The notes under the pieces are model-generated. The model saw only the letters and a program-made list of their open reading frames with translations, was not told where the DNA came from and searched no databases. The position numbers and the translations under genes are program-made. Shown one piece after another: positions 61,291-64,000 of a stretch of 64,000 nt of DNA. Source of the stretch: Obrimoposthia wandeli (Eukaryota); contig CDROCS010000253.1 of NCBI GenBank assembly GCA_977020255.1, forward strand, positions 3,906,001 through 3,970,000. Reading direction: 5' to 3'. Numbering within the stretch: the stretch's first letter is position 1; every line of letters begins with the position of its first letter.

Positions 61291-61454
61291 ATATAAATGG
61301 GGAAGTCTCGCGATAAACGACCCAGCTATTACTATAGTCAATTGAGAAAACCACTTTATTGCCAGCCTTTATACACACGTTCAGGTCATTAATCTTCGCT
61401 TTGTCATCAAGACCAGTGCAATATAAGCGACTCTATGACCCTTGTATTAACATT

Positions 61455-62243
61455 CTAATTAGCCAAAACAGAAAACTCTGAAATATCTGCATTGTTTTTA
61501 ATTTTACTAAACACCTCGAAATACCTTGGTGATTGTGAGACGGCTTTTGAAGCTTGTTGTAATTTATCTAATAATTTTTTGTTGGTTTGCTTATTTATAG
61601 CAATAAAAACATCTCTTTGTGCTTCTGGTACTATAGTTATATTTACTATTTCGTTACTTATTTTGCCAATATTATTATAGTGGTTCCTCATAACTTCTGG
61701 GTCTGTATAGATAAGATCAACTTTGCCTTTTTTAAATAAAATCATTGCATTATCGATAGCTGATACGACATATAGATTTTTATCTTCGGTAAAACCTTTA
61801 TCAATTAGTGATTTATAGCTGTAACTATCTCGTGTCACTGCAACTAATTTATTCTTTGCTTGAGTAATATTTTTAACAAAATTATCCGGTTTAGATTTTA
61901 GCGAAATGAATGCTCTCCTTGATTCATTAACTTTAATGAGCCAAACAAAATTACTTTCTCTTTTCTTTGTTCGAGTTAAGCTTAAAATAAGAGTATTTGG
62001 CTGAGTTAACACGCTGTTAAGCGCTCTCGCCCAAGGATAAAAATCGACTTTTGTTTTTATTCCTATTTTTAGCATTAACATTTTAAAAATTTCAGCTGAA
62101 GGACCTTTAACTTGCCCATCCTCAACATACTGAAACATTTTGTGAGATGAGGCGACAGCTTTTAGATCAGATGATGCTTGTGCGTTTGCACTAAACCAAA
62201 TGACCAAATAACAAATAAAAATATATTTCACTTTTTCTCTCAT
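61455..62243 (-). CDS. Stand-alone periplasmic substrate-binding protein (family 3-like)
   Basis: Signal peptide, YPWARA and LTRTKKRE..F.W motifs; no permease adjacent. Confidence 0.75.
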   Translation of the reverse strand: MREKVKYIFICYLVIWFSANAQASSDLKAVASSHKMFQYVEDGQVKGPSAEIFKMLMLKIGIKTKVDFYPWARALNSVLTQPNTLILSLTRTKKRESNFVWLIKVNESRRAFISLKSKPDNFVKNITQAKNKLVAVTRDSYSYKSLIDKGFTEDKNLYVVSAIDNAMILFKKGKVDLIYTDPEVMRNHYNNIGKISNEIVNITIVPEAQRDVFIAINKQTNKKLLDKLQQASKAVSQSPRYFEVFSKIKNNADISEFSVLAN

Positions 62244-62459
62244 CTTAAGGAACTGGCAGATGTATGAACCATAACTTAATACAATGTATATATCGGATCA
62301 ACTCTGCGAAATAAATACCTGTCTTCATAGGATTATCAAAAGTTAGCTGCGCTATCAAAGTGCAGGGTTTCAGTGGGAATTAAGACCACTTACCACTGAT
62401 ACAACATAATTAAATCAGAGGTGAACTATTACACGTAATAGCTCCTAATTATTTAATTT

Positions 62460-63998
62460 TTACTTGTCTATGGTAATAAAATTATCATCTGAGAAAGCGA
62501 CAATAGCATCTTTACCATTTTCTTTAGCTTGATAAAGCGCTTCATCTGCGCCATTAAAAACATCGATAGTATTGGATATTTTATCTGTGAAGTTTGAAAT
62601 GCCATATGAACAGGTTATCTTTAGTGTTTTATTATTTTTGCGTAATTTAAACGTTAAACTATCAACAACTTTACGTATTTTCTTGGCTATTTGAATGGCT
62701 TTGTTTAAATCTGTTTCAGGTAAAATAACAACGAATTCATCACCACCATAGCGAGCGATATAGTCTGAAGAACGAATATTGTTTTTTAAGGTTTCCACTA
62801 AGCTTTTTAACACTTGGTCACCAATACTGTGACCAAAGTTGTCGTTAATACTTTTAAAGCTATCTACATCTATGAGCACAAGTGCCAAAGGCCGTTGAGA
62901 GGTTAACCAATTATTTCTTTCTTTATTAATGGCCTGCACATAACCTTTGCGATTACCAACCGCCGTTAATTCGTCAATTAAGTTAGTTTCTTTGGCTGTA
63001 TTTAGCTGATTCTCAAGTTTTTCAATAAAGCTGCTCGCATTCACAACTTTATTGTTTAAATTCTTAATGGTTTTAGCATTAGCTTGCTGAGCCTGGTTTT
63101 GTGATTTTGCATAGTCATTCATAATTTCAGACATTAATAATACACTCTCATTAATGTGTTTTTGCATGCCTGCAACTGTATCTATACATTTTGCTTTAAC
63201 TTCCATATTTTTAAACTCAGCCACCATATTAAGTTTTACCTTGTCAGCATTACTTTTGGTCGAGGCCATTAGTTTATCAATTATGGTGGTTTGCTTAAAA
63301 ACCCCCACAAGATTAGCATGAATATCATTGAGCATTTCTTCCGTACTGCATCGTTCTTGTTGAATTAACAATGCTAAATGTTTTGTCGTGCGCTCTAATA
63401 AATCAATTGACTTGAAGAAAATACCTTTACCACTTGGGATTTGAGTTGCTTCATGTAAGACGCTACTAATAAGTTTGTCATTAGGATAGGTTTGGATTAA
63501 CTGTTTTGAAATGGCCACCACTTCTTTAATTAACCTTTTACTTGCTAAAAAAACATCACTGGCAACAACATCAGTTTCTTCAGTCACCATTTCTTTATTA
63601 GAAACGATTACATTTGATGCTGCTCTTAGTTCGCTTAATTCATTAGCAAAGTATTCCAGTGCCCTACCGGCAGTAACCATAATGGTATGAACGGGTTGTT
63701 CTAGCTTAATTTCAGATAATATAGTGGTGATTTTTTCTACTTGGCTGGTTGAAAGCTTATTATCGGCACTTTGATTCATTAAAGATTTAAAAGTATTTAA
63801 ATCTTTTTCAAGGTCTTCACGCTCCAATTCATCAATGCTTTGCTGCATCTTTGCATATTGCTCAACAAGTGAAGTAAAAGTAAATATAGCATCATTAGAT
63901 GCTAATGTTTCTTTAATACTCTCCACTTGATTTGCTAAAGGCCCAGAGTTTGGCAAACTACCAACGAAGTGTGCTAATGCTCGCTTAAGCTCAATATT
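62460..63998 (-). CDS. Coiled-coil GGDEF diguanylate cyclase (5'-partial)
   Basis: DELTAVGNR, DVDSFKSIND.FGH and RSSDYIARYGGDEF; frame stays open to the window end. Confidence 0.9.
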   Translation of the reverse strand, partial: NIELKRALAHFVGSLPNSGPLANQVESIKETLASNDAIFTFTSLVEQYAKMQQSIDELEREDLEKDLNTFKSLMNQSADNKLSTSQVEKITTILSEIKLEQPVHTIMVTAGRALEYFANELSELRAASNVIVSNKEMVTEETDVVASDVFLASKRLIKEVVAISKQLIQTYPNDKLISSVLHEATQIPSGKGIFFKSIDLLERTTKHLALLIQQERCSTEEMLNDIHANLVGVFKQTTIIDKLMASTKSNADKVKLNMVAEFKNMEVKAKCIDTVAGMQKHINESVLLMSEIMNDYAKSQNQAQQANAKTIKNLNNKVVNASSFIEKLENQLNTAKETNLIDELTAVGNRKGYVQAINKERNNWLTSQRPLALVLIDVDSFKSINDNFGHSIGDQVLKSLVETLKNNIRSSDYIARYGGDEFVVILPETDLNKAIQIAKKIRKVVDSLTFKLRKNNKTLKITCSYGISNFTDKISNTIDVFNGADEALYQAKENGKDAIVAFSDDNFITIDK

Positions 63999-64000
63999 TG

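Noticed and set aside
62244-62459. Possible c-di-GMP riboswitch between the DGC and SBP genes
   Set aside because: The GEMM core (GCAAA-C...GAAA...GGGACGCAAA) was not found on either strand by eye. An Infernal search would be decisive.
23616-64000. A single integrated genomic island or prophage
   Set aside because: No integrase, tRNA, att-like direct repeat or phage gene was seen. The region looks like a patchwork of accessory loci, and GC/codon statistics were not computed.

Overview
An AT-rich chromosomal window from a marine gammaproteobacterium. Gene order and repeat style suggest Alteromonadales, probably Colwelliaceae (inference). The first ~17 kb is conserved core: the end of a TonB-dependent receptor, yafS/gloB/mltD, the cbb3 oxidase locus (ccoNOQP, ccoH, ccoI, ccoS, a DsbD/TauE-like gene), fnr and uspE, with a second FNR-like regulator just upstream of ccoN. 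The rest is accessory. It holds pxpABC, three RND efflux loci, pldA, a MerR-controlled czcCBA-like operon headed by a broken CDF gene, an orphan trpB, and a DUF1538 pair + P-II + CBS operon. It also holds a 4xPAS diguanylate cyclase with an FNR box, an nhaR pseudogene split by a MITE, a BicA-like SulP with a CbbR/CmpR-like LysR, and a membrane-anchored LuxR/RND/DUF3240/cytochrome b module. A terminal signalling block includes a hybrid kinase carrying both a FixL-like heme PAS and a C-terminal hemerythrin, a REC-EAL protein, an HTH-REC regulator, a NIT-domain chemoreceptor and a GGDEF protein. Intergenic DNA carries a modular family of ERIC-like MITEs: three terminal-repeat types share one internal core, and a nested REP-like hairpin also occurs alone. 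I saw no tRNA, rRNA, CRISPR array, integrase or transposase. All assignments are by eye from motifs; no database search was run.
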